Shown here piece by piece: positions 22,901 to 35,077 of a stretch of 64,000 bases of DNA (position 1 is its first letter; every line of letters begins with the position of its first letter). The notes below the pieces were generated by a model. It saw only the letters and a program-made list of their open reading frames with translations. It ran no database searches and was not told the DNA's origin. Origin of the DNA: Nemertoderma westbladi (taxonomy: Eukaryota > Animalia > Xenacoelomorpha); contig JAUCBJ010007946.1 in assembly GCA_032718475.1 (NCBI GenBank), forward strand, positions 1-64,000. Direction: 5' to 3'. The position numbers were made by a program, and so were the translations under genes.

Positions 22901-25900
22901 TAGAGGGGCAGTACAGACTGGTAGAGAGGCAGCACAGACTGGTAGAGGGGCAGTACAGACTGGTAGAGGGGCAGCACAGACTGGTAGAGGGGCAACACAG
23001 ACTGGTAGAGAGGCAACACAGACTGGTAGAGCGGTAGAGGGGCAACACAGACTGGTAGAGGGGCAGTACAGACTGGTAGAGGGGCAACACAGACTGGTAG
23101 AGGGGCAGCACAGACTGGTAGAGGGGCAGCACAGACTGGTAGAGGGGCAACACAGACTAGTAGAGAGGCAACACAGCCCAGACTGGTGGAGAGGCAGCAC
23201 AGACTGGTAGAGGGGCAACACAGACTGGTAGAGGGGCAACACAGACTGGTAGAGGGGCAGCACAGACTGGTAGAGGGGCAACACAGACTGGTAGAGAGGC
23301 AGCACAGACTGGTAGAGGGGCAGCACAGACTGGTAGAGAGGCAACACAGACTGGTAGAGGGGCAGCACAGACTGGTAGAGGGGCAGCACAGACTGGTAGA
23401 GCGGTAGAGGGGCAACACAGACTGGTAGAGGGGCAACACAGACTGGTAGAGGGGCAGCACAGACTGGTAGAGGGGCAACACAGACTGGTAGAGGGGCAGT
23501 ACAGACTGGTAGAGGGGCAGCACAGACTGGTAGAGGGGCAGCACAGACTGGTAGAGGGGCAACACAGACTGGTAGAGGGGCAGCACAGACTGGTAGAGGG
23601 GCAGCACAGACTGGTAGAGAGGCAACACAGACTGGTAGAGGGGCAACACAGACTGGTAGAGGGGCAACACAGACTGGTATAGGGGCAACACAGACTGGTA
23701 GAGGGGCAGCACAGACTGGTAGAGAGGTAGAGGGGCAACACAGACTGGTAGAGAGGCAGCACAGACTGGTAGAGCGGTAGAGGGGCAACACAGACTGGTA
23801 GAGGGGCAACACAGACTGGTAGAGGGGCAACACAGACTGGTAGAGAGGCAGCACAGACTGGTAGAGGGGCAGTACAGACTGGTAGAGGGGCAACACAGAC
23901 TGGTAGAGGGGCAACACAGACTGGTAGAGGGGCAACACAGACTGGTAGAGAGGCAGCACAGACTGGTAGAGCGGTAGAGGGGCAACACAGACTGGTAGAG
24001 AGGCAGCACAGACTGGTAGCACAGAATGGTAGAGGGGCAACACAGACTGGTAGAGAGGCAGCACAGACTGGTAGAGCGGTAGAGGGGCAACACAGACTGG
24101 TAGAGAGGCAGCACAGACTGGTAGAGCGGTAGAGGGGCAACACAGACTGGTAGAGGGGCAACACAGACTGGTAGAGGGGCAACACAGACTGGTAGAGAGG
24201 CAGCACAGACTGGTAGAGGGGCAGTACAGACTGGTAGAGGGGCAACACAGACTGGTAGAGGGGCAACACAGACTGGTAGAGGGGCAACACAGACTGGTAG
24301 AGAGGCAGCACAGACTGGTAGAGGGGCAACACCGACTGGTAGAGGGGCAACACAGACTGGTAGAGGGGCAGCACAGACTGGTAGAGGGGCAACACAGACT
24401 GGTAGAGAGGCAGCACAGACTGGTAGAGGGGCAGCACAGACTGGTAGAGAGGCAACACAGACTGGTAGAGGGGCAGCACAGACTGGTAGAGGGGCAGCAC
24501 AGACTGGTAGAGCGGTAGAGGGGCAACACAGACTGGTAGAGGGGCAACACAGACTGGTAGAGGGGCAGCACAGACTGGTAGAGGGGCAACACAGACTGGT
24601 AGAGGGGCAGTACAGACTGGTAGAGGGGCAGCACAGACTGGTAGAGGGGCAACACAGACTGGTAGAGGGGCAGCACAGACTGGTAGAGGGGCAGCACAGA
24701 CTGGTAGAGGGGCAACACAGACTGGTAGAGGGGCAGCACAGACTGGTAGAGGGGCAGTACAGACTGGTAGAGGGGCAGCACAGACTGGTAGAGGGGCAGC
24801 ACAGACTGGTAGAGGGGCAGCACAGACTGGTAGAGGGGCAGCACAGACTGGTAGAGGGGCAGCACAGACTGGTAGAGCGGTAGAGGGGCAGCACAGACTG
24901 GTAGAGGGGCAGCACAGACTGGTAGAGGGGCAGCACAGACTGGTAGAGGGGCAGCACAGACTGGTAGAGGGGCAGCACAGACTGGTAGAGGGGCAGCACA
25001 GACTGGTAGAGCGGTAGAGGGGCAGCACAGACTGGTAGAGGGGCAGCACAGACTGGTAGAGGGGCAGCACAGAATGGTAGAGGGGCAGCACAGACTGGTA
25101 GAGGGGCAGCACAGACTGGTAGAGCGGTAGAGGGGCAACACAGACTGGTAGAGGGGCAACACAGACTGGTAGAGGGGCAGCACAGACTGGTAGAGCGGTA
25201 GAGGGGCAACACAGACTGGTAGAGGGGCAACACAGACTGGTAGAGGGGCAGCACAGACTGGTAGAGGGGCAACACAGACTGGTAGAGGGGCAGTGCAAAC
25301 TGGTAGAAGGGCAGCTCTGAAGCACTGACTAGTAGAAGGGCAGTACCTACTGGTAGAGCGGTAGAGGGGCAACACAGACTGGTAGAGGGGCAGCACAGAC
25401 TGGTAGAGAGGCAGTACAGACTGGTAGAGGGGCAACACAGACTGGTAGAGGGGCAACACAGACTGGTAGAGGGGCAACACAGAATGGTAGAGGGGCAACA
25501 CAGACTGGTAGAGTGGCAGCACAGACTGGTAGAGGGGCAACACAGACTGGTAGAGGGGCAACACAGACTGGTAGAGGGGCAGCACAGAATGGTAGAGGGG
25601 CAGCACAGACTGGTAGAGGGGCAACACAGACTGGTAGAGGGGCAACACAGACTGGTAGAGGGGCAACACAGACTGGTAGAGGGGCAGCACAGACTGGTAG
25701 AGGGGCAGCACAGACTGGTAGAGCGGTAGAGAGGCAGTACAGACTGGTAGAGGGGCAACACAGACTGGTAGAGGGGCAGCACAGAATGGTAGAGGGGCAG
25801 CACAGACTGGTAGAGGGGCAGCACAGACTGGTAGAGCGGTAGAGGGGCAACACAGACTGGTAGAGGGGCAACACAGACTGGTAGAGGGGCAACACAGACT

Positions 25901-26520
25901 GGTAGAGAGGCAGTACAGACTGGTAGATGGGCAACACAGACTGGTAGAGGGGCAACACAGACTGGTATAGGGGCAACACAGACTGGTAGAGGGGCAGCAC
26001 AGACTGGTAGAGCGGTAGAGAGGCAGTACAGACTGGTAGAGGGGCAACACAGACTGGTAGAGCGGTAGAGGGGCAACACAGAATGGTAGAGGGGCAGCAC
26101 AGACTGGTAGAGCGGTAGAGGGGCAACACAGACTGGTAGAGGGGCAACACAGACTGGTAGAGGGGCAACACAGACTGGTAGAGAGGCAGTACAGACTGGT
26201 AGAGGGGCAACACAGACTGGTAGAGGGGCAACACAGACTGGTATAGGGGCAACACAGACTGGTAGAGGGGCAGCACAGACTGGTAGAGAGGCAGCCCAGA
26301 CTGGTAGAGGGGCAGCACAGAATGGTAGAGGGGCAGCACAGCCCAGACTGGTAGAGGGTAAGGTTCGATTCTAGGTGATTTCCATGTCATTGATAGTTTA
26401 TCAAATGCAGACCATGCCTTTCCCTTTCGTATGCGGAAAGAAGTCTTCAACAAATTTCCTACTCTTCTTAAACCCGCTACCTAGTTTTCAAAGCTTCACG
26501 TCAGCCTCGTGAGTGACGTT
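16908..26520 (-). mobile_element. Degraded RTE-like LINE 3' end, split by a 9-kb minisatellite
   Basis: Minus-strand peptides in ORF2 order: FRIRKGKAWSAFDKLSMTWKS (26380-26440), LDGKYTTLL (17165-17190), RVAGHW (~17110-17128), then an (AAGT)n-like tail at 16908-16942. Confidence 0.65.
17191..26358. repeat. 21-bp minisatellite GGTAGAGGGGCA(A/G)CACAGACT, ~430 units, with 8-bp GGTAGAGC interruptions
   Basis: Direct periodicity; explains all the long LPLYQSV / CCPSTSL / APLPVCV ORFs. Confidence 0.98.
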
Positions 26521-26918
26521 TGAGATATCAGAAATATCATGAAGAATGAAAAAAAAACTGTGTTATATACACCCCACAATAATAATTATAGTTTAGGTTT
26601 TGGTTAAGGGTCTATGATCTTTTCAAAACATGTTGTTTCATGAAGCATATGGCATGTAGGTAAAAATAATAAAAAATTATGTTATTGTCACTTAATGTTT
26701 GGAATTGTGACTCGTGTCCGGTGGATTGTTCCAAATTCAACATAATAGGTTGAATTTTTTTGCAGTTCGGCACTGTCTCCACAATTTTCTCAAACGACTG
26801 GATTCCAATGTATTCTAATGTTATGCATCTTATTGAATTGGTGTTCGATCCTGTGTATTAAATGCAATATTCTATTTGAAAAGACTAAACTGCATGCTAA
26901 TTATATTGCACTGGGATC

Positions 26919-29875
26919 GTAAGCGGCTGGTTGGCTGCCTCCTGGGTGGACGTCGCTCATGACGTGAGTTCGGGTTCAGTAAGCGGCTGGTTGGCTGCCT
27001 CCTGGACGGACGTCGCTCCTGACGTGAGTTCGGGTTCAGTAAGCGGCTGGTTGGCTGCCTCCTGGGTGGACGTCGCTCATGACGTGAGTTCGGGTTCAGT
27101 AAGCGGCTGGTTGGCTGCCTCCTGGGTGGACGTCGCTCATGGAGTGAGTTCGGGTTCGATAAGCGGCTGGTTGGCTGCCTCCTGGGTGGACGTCGCTCAT
27201 GACGTGAGTTCGGGTTCAGTAAGCGGCTGGTTGGCTGCCTCCTGGGTGGACGTCGCTCATGGCGTGAGTTCGGGTTCGGTAAGCGGCTGGTTGGCTGCCT
27301 CCTGGGTGGACGTCGCTCATGGCGTGAGTTCGGGTTCGGTAAGCGGCTGGTTGGCTGCCTCCTGGGTGGACGTCGCTCATGGCGTGAGTTCGGGTTCGGT
27401 AAGGGGCTGGTTGGTTGCCTCCTGGGTGGACGTCGCTCATGACGTGAGTTCGGGTTCGGTAAGCGGCTGGTTGGCTGCCTCCTGGGTGGACGTCGCTTAT
27501 GGCGTGAGTTCGGGTTCGGTAAGGGGCTGGTTGGCTGCCCCCAAGGGTGGACGTCGCTCATGGCGTGAGTTAAGGGTTCGGTAAGGGGCTGGTTGACTGC
27601 CTCCTGGGTGGACGTCGCTCATGGCGTGAGTTCGGGTTCGGTAAGGGGCTGGTTGGCTGCCTCTTGGGTGGACGTCGCTCATGGCGTGAGTTCGGGTTCG
27701 GTAAGCGGCTGGTTGGCTGCCTCCTGGGTGGACGTCTCTCATGGCGTGAGTTCGGGTTTGGAAACCGGATGGTTGGCGGCCTCCTGGGTGGACGTCGCTC
27801 ATGGCGTGAGTTCGGCTTCGGTAAGGGGCTGGTGGGCTGCCTCCTGGGTGGACGTCGCTCATGGCGTGAGTTCGGGTTCGGTAAGGGGCTGGTGGGCTGC
27901 CTCCTGGGTGGACGTCGCTCATGACGTTAGTTCGGGTTTGGAAACCGGATGGTTGGCTGCCTCCTGGGTGGACGTCGCTCATGGCGTGAGTTCGGGTTCG
28001 GTAAGGAGCTGGTTGGCTGCCTCCTGGGTGGACGTCGCTCATGGCGTGAGTTCGGGTTCGGTAAGGAGCTGGTTGGCTGCCTCCTGGGTGGACGTCGCTC
28101 TTGGCGTGAGTCCGGGTTCGGTAAGGGGCTGGTTGGCTGCCTCCTGGATGGACGTCGCTCATGGCGTGAGTTCGGGTTCGGTAAGGGGCTGGTTGGCTGC
28201 CTCCTGGGTGGACGTCGCTCATGACGTGAGTTCGGGTTTGGAAACCGGATGGTTGGCTGCCTCCTGGGTGGACGTCGCTCATGGCGTGAGTTCGGGTTCG
28301 GTAAGGGGCTGGTTGGCTGCCTCCTGGGTGGACGTCGCTCATGGCGTGAGTTCGGCTTCGGTAAGGGGCTGGTGGGCTGCCTCCTGGGTGGACGTCGCTC
28401 ATGGCGTGAGTTCGGGTTCGGTAAGGGGCTGGTGGGCTGCCTCCTGGGTGGACGTCGCTCATGACGTTAGTTCGGGTTTGGAAACCGGATGGTTGGCTGC
28501 CTCCTGGGTGGACGTCGCTCATGGCGTGAGTTCGGGTTCGGTAAGGAGCTGGTTGGCTGCCTCCTGGGTGGACGTCGCTCATGGCGTGAGTTCGGGTTCG
28601 GTAAGGAGCTGGTTGGCTGCCTCCTGGGTGGACGTCGCTCTTGGCGTGAGTCCGGGTTCGGTAAGGGGCTGGTTGGCTGCCTCCTGGGTGGACGTCGCTC
28701 ATGGCGTGAGTTCGGGTTCGGTAAGGGGCTGGTTGGCTGCCTCCTGGATGGACGTCGCTCATGGCGTGAGTTCGGGTTCGGTAAGGGGCTGGTTGGCTGC
28801 CTCCTGGATGGACGTCGCTCATGGCGTGAGTTCGGGTTTGGTAAGGAGCTGGTTGGCTGCCTCCTGGGTGGACGTCGCTCATGACGTGAGTTCGGGTTTG
28901 GAAACCGGATGGTTGGCTGCCTCCTGGGTGGACGTCGCTCATGGCGTGAGTTCGGGTTCGGTAAGGAGCTGGTTGGCTGCCTCCTGGGTGGACGTCGCTC
29001 ATGACGTGAGTTCGGGTTTGGAAACCGGATGGTTGGCTGCCTCCTGGGTGGACGTCGCTCATGGCGTGAGTTCGGGTTCGGTAAGGAGCTGGTTGGCTGC
29101 CTCCTGGGTGGACGTCGCTCATGACGTGAGTTCGGGTTTGGAAACCGGATGGTTGGCTGCCTCCTGGGTGGACGTCGCTCATGGCGTGAGTTCGGGTTCG
29201 GTAAGGGGCTGGTTGGCTGCCTCCTGGGTGGACGTCGCTCATGGCGTGAGTTCGGGTTCGTTAAGCGGCTGGTTGGCTGCCTCCTGGGTGGACGTCGCTC
29301 ATGACGTGAGTTCGGGTTCGGTAAGCGGCTGGTTGGCTGCCTCCTGGGTGGACGTCGCTCATGACGTGAGTTCGGGTTTGGAAACCGGATGGTTGGCTGC
29401 CTCCTGGGTGGACGTCGCTCATGGCGTGAGTTCGGGTTCGGTAAGGGGCTGGTTGGCTGCCTCCTGGGTGGACGTCGCTCATGGCGTGAGTTCGGGTTCG
29501 GTAAGCGGCTGGTTGGCTGCCTCCTGGGTGGACGTCGCTCATGACGTGAGTTCGGGTTTGGAAACCGGATGGTTGGCTGCCTCCTGGGTGGACGTCGCTC
29601 ATGGCGTGAGTTCGGGTTCGGTAAGGGGCTGGTTGGCTGCCTCCTGGGTGGACGTCGCTCATGACGTGAGTTCGGGTTCGGTAAGCGACTGGTTGGCTGC
29701 CTCCTGGGTGGACGTCGCTCATGACGTGAGTTCGGGTTCGGTAAGCGGCTGGTTGGCTGCCTCCTGGGTGGACGTCGCTCATGACGTGAGTTCGGGTTTG
29801 GAAACCGGATGGTTGGCTGCCTCCTGGGTGGACGTCGCTCATGGCGTGAGTTCTGGGTCGGAAAGCGGTTGGTTT
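26919..29875. repeat. GC/CpG-rich 60-bp satellite, ~49 units, with a 540-bp (9-unit) higher-order duplication
   Basis: Successive 60-nt lines align; variant units at 27781, 27901 and 28081 recur at 28321, 28441 and 28621. Confidence 0.97.
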
Positions 29876-30235
29876 GCAAGTGATTGGGCCGGCTATCCCA
29901 TGTATGCTTATATATTAAGTATAAAGGGAATAACAATAAAATTACAAACCCATTACATTTGTTTATATCTGATTGAAAAGGAACTTAATTAATCAAATGT
30001 TGTATTTTAAATTTATCTTATTTGTTCATCGGTCTGTAAGTGATAGGCACATATTATTTTATATTGATTTTTATACTTATACTATAATATATGTATGTTA
30101 ATATTTCCCATTGGTCAAATGTTTGTTATATGGAAGGAATCCTGGAATATACATTATAATGTATGATAAAACGTAAATGCGCTCTTACCAAATCCAACTA
30201 CTATGGTTGTGGTTGTTGCATAGTCGACGACATTG

Positions 30236-30567
30236 ATGATGGTGTCCATGAGACCAGACGGAGATAAATCGACCAACCCATCGAACTCCATTCGCCTCCG
30301 TGGCATCAAGCAATCGAACTCGGTTAATGGAAATGGCGTCAACCATTCAAATCATTTCAATAGCCCGGGTCAACGTCAACCCCAACCTATACCGCCGCGT
30401 AGAAAGAAGAAAGAGTCGTGGTGGTGTCGAGTACAGAACTCAACGAAGAGATTTCTACAACCGGCGAACAATAGAGCCATTGCTGTGTTGATTTCCGATT
30501 ATTCGCTTTTCATTTTCAGTCCGAATAATTTTATACGAAAATGGTGCAAAAGATTTATAGAGTGGCC
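30236..30567 (+). CDS. Cav2: Cav2 exon 1 (N-terminus; start uncertain, possible acceptor at 30223)
   Basis: SLFIFSPNNFIRKWCKRFIEWP, followed by the U12 donor ATATCCTTT. Confidence 0.85.
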
Positions 30568-30987
30568 ATATCCTTTACGAGCAATTTCTGTACATTTATA
30601 GCTGTACATTTGTTATTACTTCAAATCATTACATAAGACCGTAGGTATCATCCAGTCTACTCATTCAGTCTAATCTTAATTAGTTAATTTAAGCAGGGGT
30701 GGGGTGCCTTGAGTTTTGTCCCACGAACTACAAAAAAAAGTAAACAGTACGTTAGATTTTGATTTGATGGGCCTATGGCCCAAAACATATCACGATGTTT
30801 AAGGCCCTGGCCCTGTTTGGTTTATATCAAATTTCCTATTGTTTATGTAATTGGATGGGAAAACTCCAGTGAACTTTAGGGAACTAAAATGCTACAGTCA
30901 GTGCCACGATAACAATATCCAATAGAAATAGTAATTGTATAACACATTTACTCTTTGTTATGATATTTTCCTTAACCACTTTCTCAC
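30568..30987 (+). other. U12-type AT-AC intron (420 bp)
   Basis: 5' ATATCCTTT, branch point TTCCTTAAC at 30968-30976, 3' CAC; joins EWP|PVEY in frame. Confidence 0.95.
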
Positions 30988-31093
30988 TCCTGTAGAATAT
31001 TTTATACTTTTGACAATCGCGGCAAACTGCGTGGTGTTGGCACTGGAGGTTCATTTGCCACTATCTGACTCAACTAAATTGGCAATTAAACTC
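30988..31093 (+). CDS. Cav2: Cav2 exon 2 (IS1)
   Basis: PVEYFILLTIAANCVVLALEVHLP; donor GTAAGT. Confidence 0.93.
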
Positions 31094-31532
31094 GTAAGTA
31101 TAACATTATTATTATTATTTGATAAAGCATTTTCAATATTATGACTTTGGATTCATTCATATATCTATTTGACGCTTTCATGTTGAACAGAGCTGGATCG
31201 TTGCGGTGGTGTGACAATTATTACAAGAGTACAAAACCTTGGCCAAAGTTAAAAATTTATTACTGGTGTTTTTGGTTGAATTAGAGGTTTCATCTTATTA
31301 TAACTTTTATAGCAGATAATTGTATTGACAGATGGGAGGCCATGGGGAGTTAATTGCGGACAAACAAGGTAGCAGATAGTATTTCCAGGTCTATCTTTTA
31401 CCTGAGCCGCTAGCTGAATGGTTAGAGCGTCAGACTTCGCACCCGGAGATAATCTTCTGCACAACTAACTTGCAGAACAGAATCCATCAACTCTCCAGTG
31501 CCATAAATCGCTCTGATTTGTTTCCTTTTCAG

Positions 31533-31672
31533 GATAAGACTGAAAACATTTTCCTGGGTGTGTTTTGTGCTGAATGTTTTTTCAAGGTAGTGGCCCTGGG
31601 ATTTGTGCTTCACAAAGATGCTTATCTAAGGACAGCGTGGAATTTTCTAGATTTCATAGTTGTTGTTACTGG
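31533..31672 (+). CDS. Cav2: Cav2 exon 3 (IS2-IS3)
   Basis: FLGVFCAECFFKVVALGFVLHKDAYLRTAWNFLDFIVVVTG; AG/GT ends. Confidence 0.95.
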
Positions 31673-32430
31673 GTAAGTTCAATTAGCAGTACCGTGAATT
31701 GATCAATGTTTTTTTTTTTAATATTTAATTTTGAGCCACACATTCAATATATTTCGCCCATAATTGTTAGAATTAATTGCATCATTATAAATATATATTT
31801 TATGGGATATATTATTATTTATATTCGTATGTCATATAAGTAAAAACTTTTGAGATATAATTTAGCTAAAATCATTAAATATTATATAAAATAATAATAA
31901 GCATCATTTTTATTAAATTTTTTTTTTAAGTTAATAGTTAAAATTTGAACAAAGAAGACATTCGTGTTAAATATGTAAGGTAATATAATTAATACGCTAA
32001 AATACCTGTCGAACTCCCCTAAACTATTGGTTTATCGCGCTACACATTGTGTAATCTGACGCAAGGCTGGAACCATCCCACTCCACTGTATGCTTACAGA
32101 TTATAATTTCTTACACCTTCGTAACTATTAATTGTTGAAAAATTAACTATTATTAATTAATAGTTCATTCTTAGTATTAAGGAGCCGCGCGGTTTTGCAC
32201 TATCATTCCGCAGCGCATGAAACATCTACAAATAATCCGTCAATTTAATGAAATACTGTGCCAGTTTAAATAATAATAATATGCTAATTTGCGCAAGTTG
32301 AATATTTAAACAGGCGAATTTTTTAACCAAACTTAATTTATATTTAATTTAATATTTTGCGATGTTGAATATACTCCTGTTTAACTGTTGACATATTAAA
32401 CACTTATTATATTGATTAATTTTTTTGTAG

Positions 32431-32534
32431 AATAATCAGTGTTACTGTCAATACACAACAATCTGCTGGTCTAATCCAATCGATGAGAGCTGTGAGGGTC
32501 CTTAGACCGCTAAAGTTGGTATCAGGAATCCCCA
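32431..32534 (+). CDS. Cav2: Cav2 exon 4 (IS4)
   Basis: QSMRAVRVLRPLKLVSGIP. Confidence 0.95.
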
Positions 32535-32719
32535 GTAAGTTGTAAAAATTATGATTCCACATTAAATTCAGATCAGACTCCTAATATATTGTAATGATCT
32601 TAATGATTGTTACTCGAACTACAGTGAAATTGTTTAACACCAAATCGTTCCTGGTTTGGTTGCATTCATTACACAAAGGTTTTGCGTTTTTTCATTATTT
32701 TGGTAGCACGAACGTAGTC

Positions 32720-33678
32720 CCAATCGCACATTTTCAAAGGCGAACTTAGTTCCAATTGAAACGAATTTAGTTCCAAAATAAATTTTCCAAAGCGAACTTT
32801 GTTCCAATCGAGGCGAACTTAGTTCCAATCCCAGAATATCAAAACGAATTTAGTTCCAATGCTTGCGAATTTAGTTCCAATGGATACGAACTTAGTTCCA
32901 CTGGATGCGAACTTAGTTCCAATGGAAGCGAATTTAGTTCCAATGGGTACGAACTTAGTTCCAATGATTCAATCGTGGGGATAGCCACGTAGGAGGCGAA
33001 GCCTATTGTGTATTGCCACTATTTGGGGTGGGTCAGGGTCAACAATAATTGTAAATAATTGTAAAACCTTTCTGTCATTTTTAAAAAACGAATTATTATT
33101 AATGAATTAAATGTATAATTACACATTTTGAAATATATATTAATCACGAGTATACTGATACTGACTGACTGAGTCTGTAGTATTATATACTCAAGTCATG
33201 CACATTGTGCCATCTTCACACCAAATACAATATTTACCAGTTGTTTCGGTTTAGGTGGATGGGCGTTGATTGGGTTAGGAGGTTGGGCGTAGTTTGGGTT
33301 AAGAGCCCTTGGGCGTTGTTTTTTACAATGAATATCATTTTAAATGATTAAATATAATGAACTTAATTGAATTGTTTTGGTTAGGAGGTTGGGCGTTATG
33401 GGTTAGTTATTTACAATTATTATTTAACCATCCACCTAATAGTGTCATTAAACAGATTCTTCGCCAACTACGTGGCTCGCCCCACACCTTAAACATTGGA
33501 ACTAAGTTCGCATCCATTGGAACTAAGTGGCGGCATTGGAACTAAGTTCGTTTTCGTTTTTCTCTAGTTATTGGAACTAAGTTCGCCTAAATTGGACCTA
33601 AATTCGCCAAAATTGGAACTAAATTCGTTTCCATTGGAACTAAATTCGCATGAGGCTTAAATTGGAACTAAGTACGGG
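32720..33678. mobile_element. Foldback/MITE-like element with two inverted arms of ATTGGAACTAAGTTCG subrepeats
   Basis: Left arm of GAACTTAGTTCCAAT repeats ending GCCACGTAG (32730-32992); right arm CTACGTGGC followed by ATTGGAACTAAG repeats (33467-33675). Exact termini unclear. Confidence 0.7.
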
Positions 33679-33687
33679 GAATCATTA

Positions 33688-33911
33688 CTTTCAGGTCTTC
33701 AGGTTGTTTTTATTTATTTTCAGGTCTTCAGGTTGTTTTTATTTATTTTCAGGTCTTCAGGTTGTTTTTATTTATTTTCAGGTCTTCAGGTTGTTTTTAT
33801 TTATTTTCAGGTCTTCAGGTTGTTTTTATTTATTTTCAGGTCTTCAGGTTGTTTTTATTTATTTTCAGGTCTTCAGGTTGTTTTTATTTATTTTCAGGTC
33901 TCCAAGTTGTT
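33688..33911 (+). repeat. 29-bp tandem repeat of the exon 5 splice acceptor (7 copies plus the real junction)
   Basis: Unit CAG|GTCTTCAGGTTGTTTTTATTTATTTT at 33692, 33721...33866; real junction CAG|GTCTCCAAGTTGTT at 33895. Confidence 0.95.
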
Positions 33912-34050
33912 CTTAAGTCTATCTTATGTGCCTTAGCTCCACTATTACAGATCGCCTTGCTGCTTCTTTTCGTTATTTTTATATTTGCTATCATGGGAAT
34001 GGAATTGTTTATGCCATATTTTCATAATGCTTGCTACAATAATCAAACAA
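33898..34050 (+). CDS. Cav2: Cav2 exon 5 (IS5)
   Basis: [38 protein letters not shown]; donor GTGAGT. Confidence 0.93.
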
Positions 34051-34377
34051 GTGAGTCATTTAAAAACATTATGATCACAAATACGAATATGAAAAGGGTG
34101 AATGTAGTGGGGTTGGATTTCGTTGGATGCGTTGTAAATTAATATGATCGCACCAATAACTCCATCCTACGCATTGATATTATATTCTCTCCAGAATTCA
34201 TATTATTAATCCAATTGTACTTAGAAGTAATGCAAGTATATATAAATACAAAGTGGGAAACACATTCAATCAATATTGCCAATATTATTTTGGTGGAATA
34301 ATACCTTTTATCTGTGTCAAAGATGCATTGTGTAGTATATTTTTCACAACTTGCTAATGATTTATATTATTATAAAG

Positions 34378-34616
34378 GTGCGATAGTGGACAATCCGCAA
34401 ATATGTTCTCCCAAAGAAGACGCTTATATTGTAACTAGTACAGGCGAACCATACTATTGTCCCCAGGGAGACACATGTCATGAAGGTCACTCTGGTACCA
34501 CTTTCTATTGGGAGGGTCCCAATTACGGTATCACCAACTTTGATAACATATTCTACTCCTGTATTACTGTATTCCAATGTATAACTATGGAGGGATGGAC
34601 TGATGTGCTTTACAAT
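34378..34616 (+). CDS. Cav2: Cav2 exon 6 (domain I pore loop)
   Basis: [15 protein letters not shown]...[16 protein letters not shown]. Confidence 0.93.
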
Positions 34617-34973
34617 GTTAGTTTCAAAACAAAATGTTATATATATTGTGTAAAATATTAAACGTGATTTGAAAGTTAAACAAAGTAAGAAATACATATG
34701 TAAAAGAGATCCACCTATTGTATATATACATAAACAAAATGGTCCACCGTTATACTATATCGTATATATATATATACATAACTTATATCGTATATACCTT
34801 TATAGTATAACAATACATAAACATAGCAGATGCACGACAATTTAGTCCCAGACAATTTGGCCCCGTATTCTTTCAAAAACATAACATATATTCTCATACA
34901 CACCCAAAACATATACGCATAAAAGGTCTAAATATATGGTATCTCAATTAGCAATATTGTCATATATTTTTAG

Positions 34974-35077
34974 GTAAATGGTTATATGCACCTCTTCTAT
35001 GGAGTGATATTCTTTCTACCCTTGATCCTGATTGGCTCATTTTTTATGCTGAATCTAGTACTGGGAGTACTTAGTGG
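34974..35077 (+). CDS. Cav2: Cav2 exon 7 (IS6)
   Basis: FFLPLILIGSFFMLNLVLGVLSG. Confidence 0.93.

Noticed and set aside
17164-26453. ORFs up to 1983 aa
   Set aside because: All three minus frames are open only because the unit lacks stops; frames swap at 8-bp interruptions.
26872-29992. 799-aa and 581-aa repeat ORFs; the 60-mer as a ribozyme
   Set aside because: Open in several frames and broken by a 1-bp indel near 27540. No hammerhead core or convincing HDV-like pairing found by eye.
31400-31450. tRNA-like fragment TAGCTGAATGGTTAGAGCG (a similar minus-strand one lies at ~48350-48415)
   Set aside because: Incomplete cloverleaf; probably SINE debris, too degraded to call.
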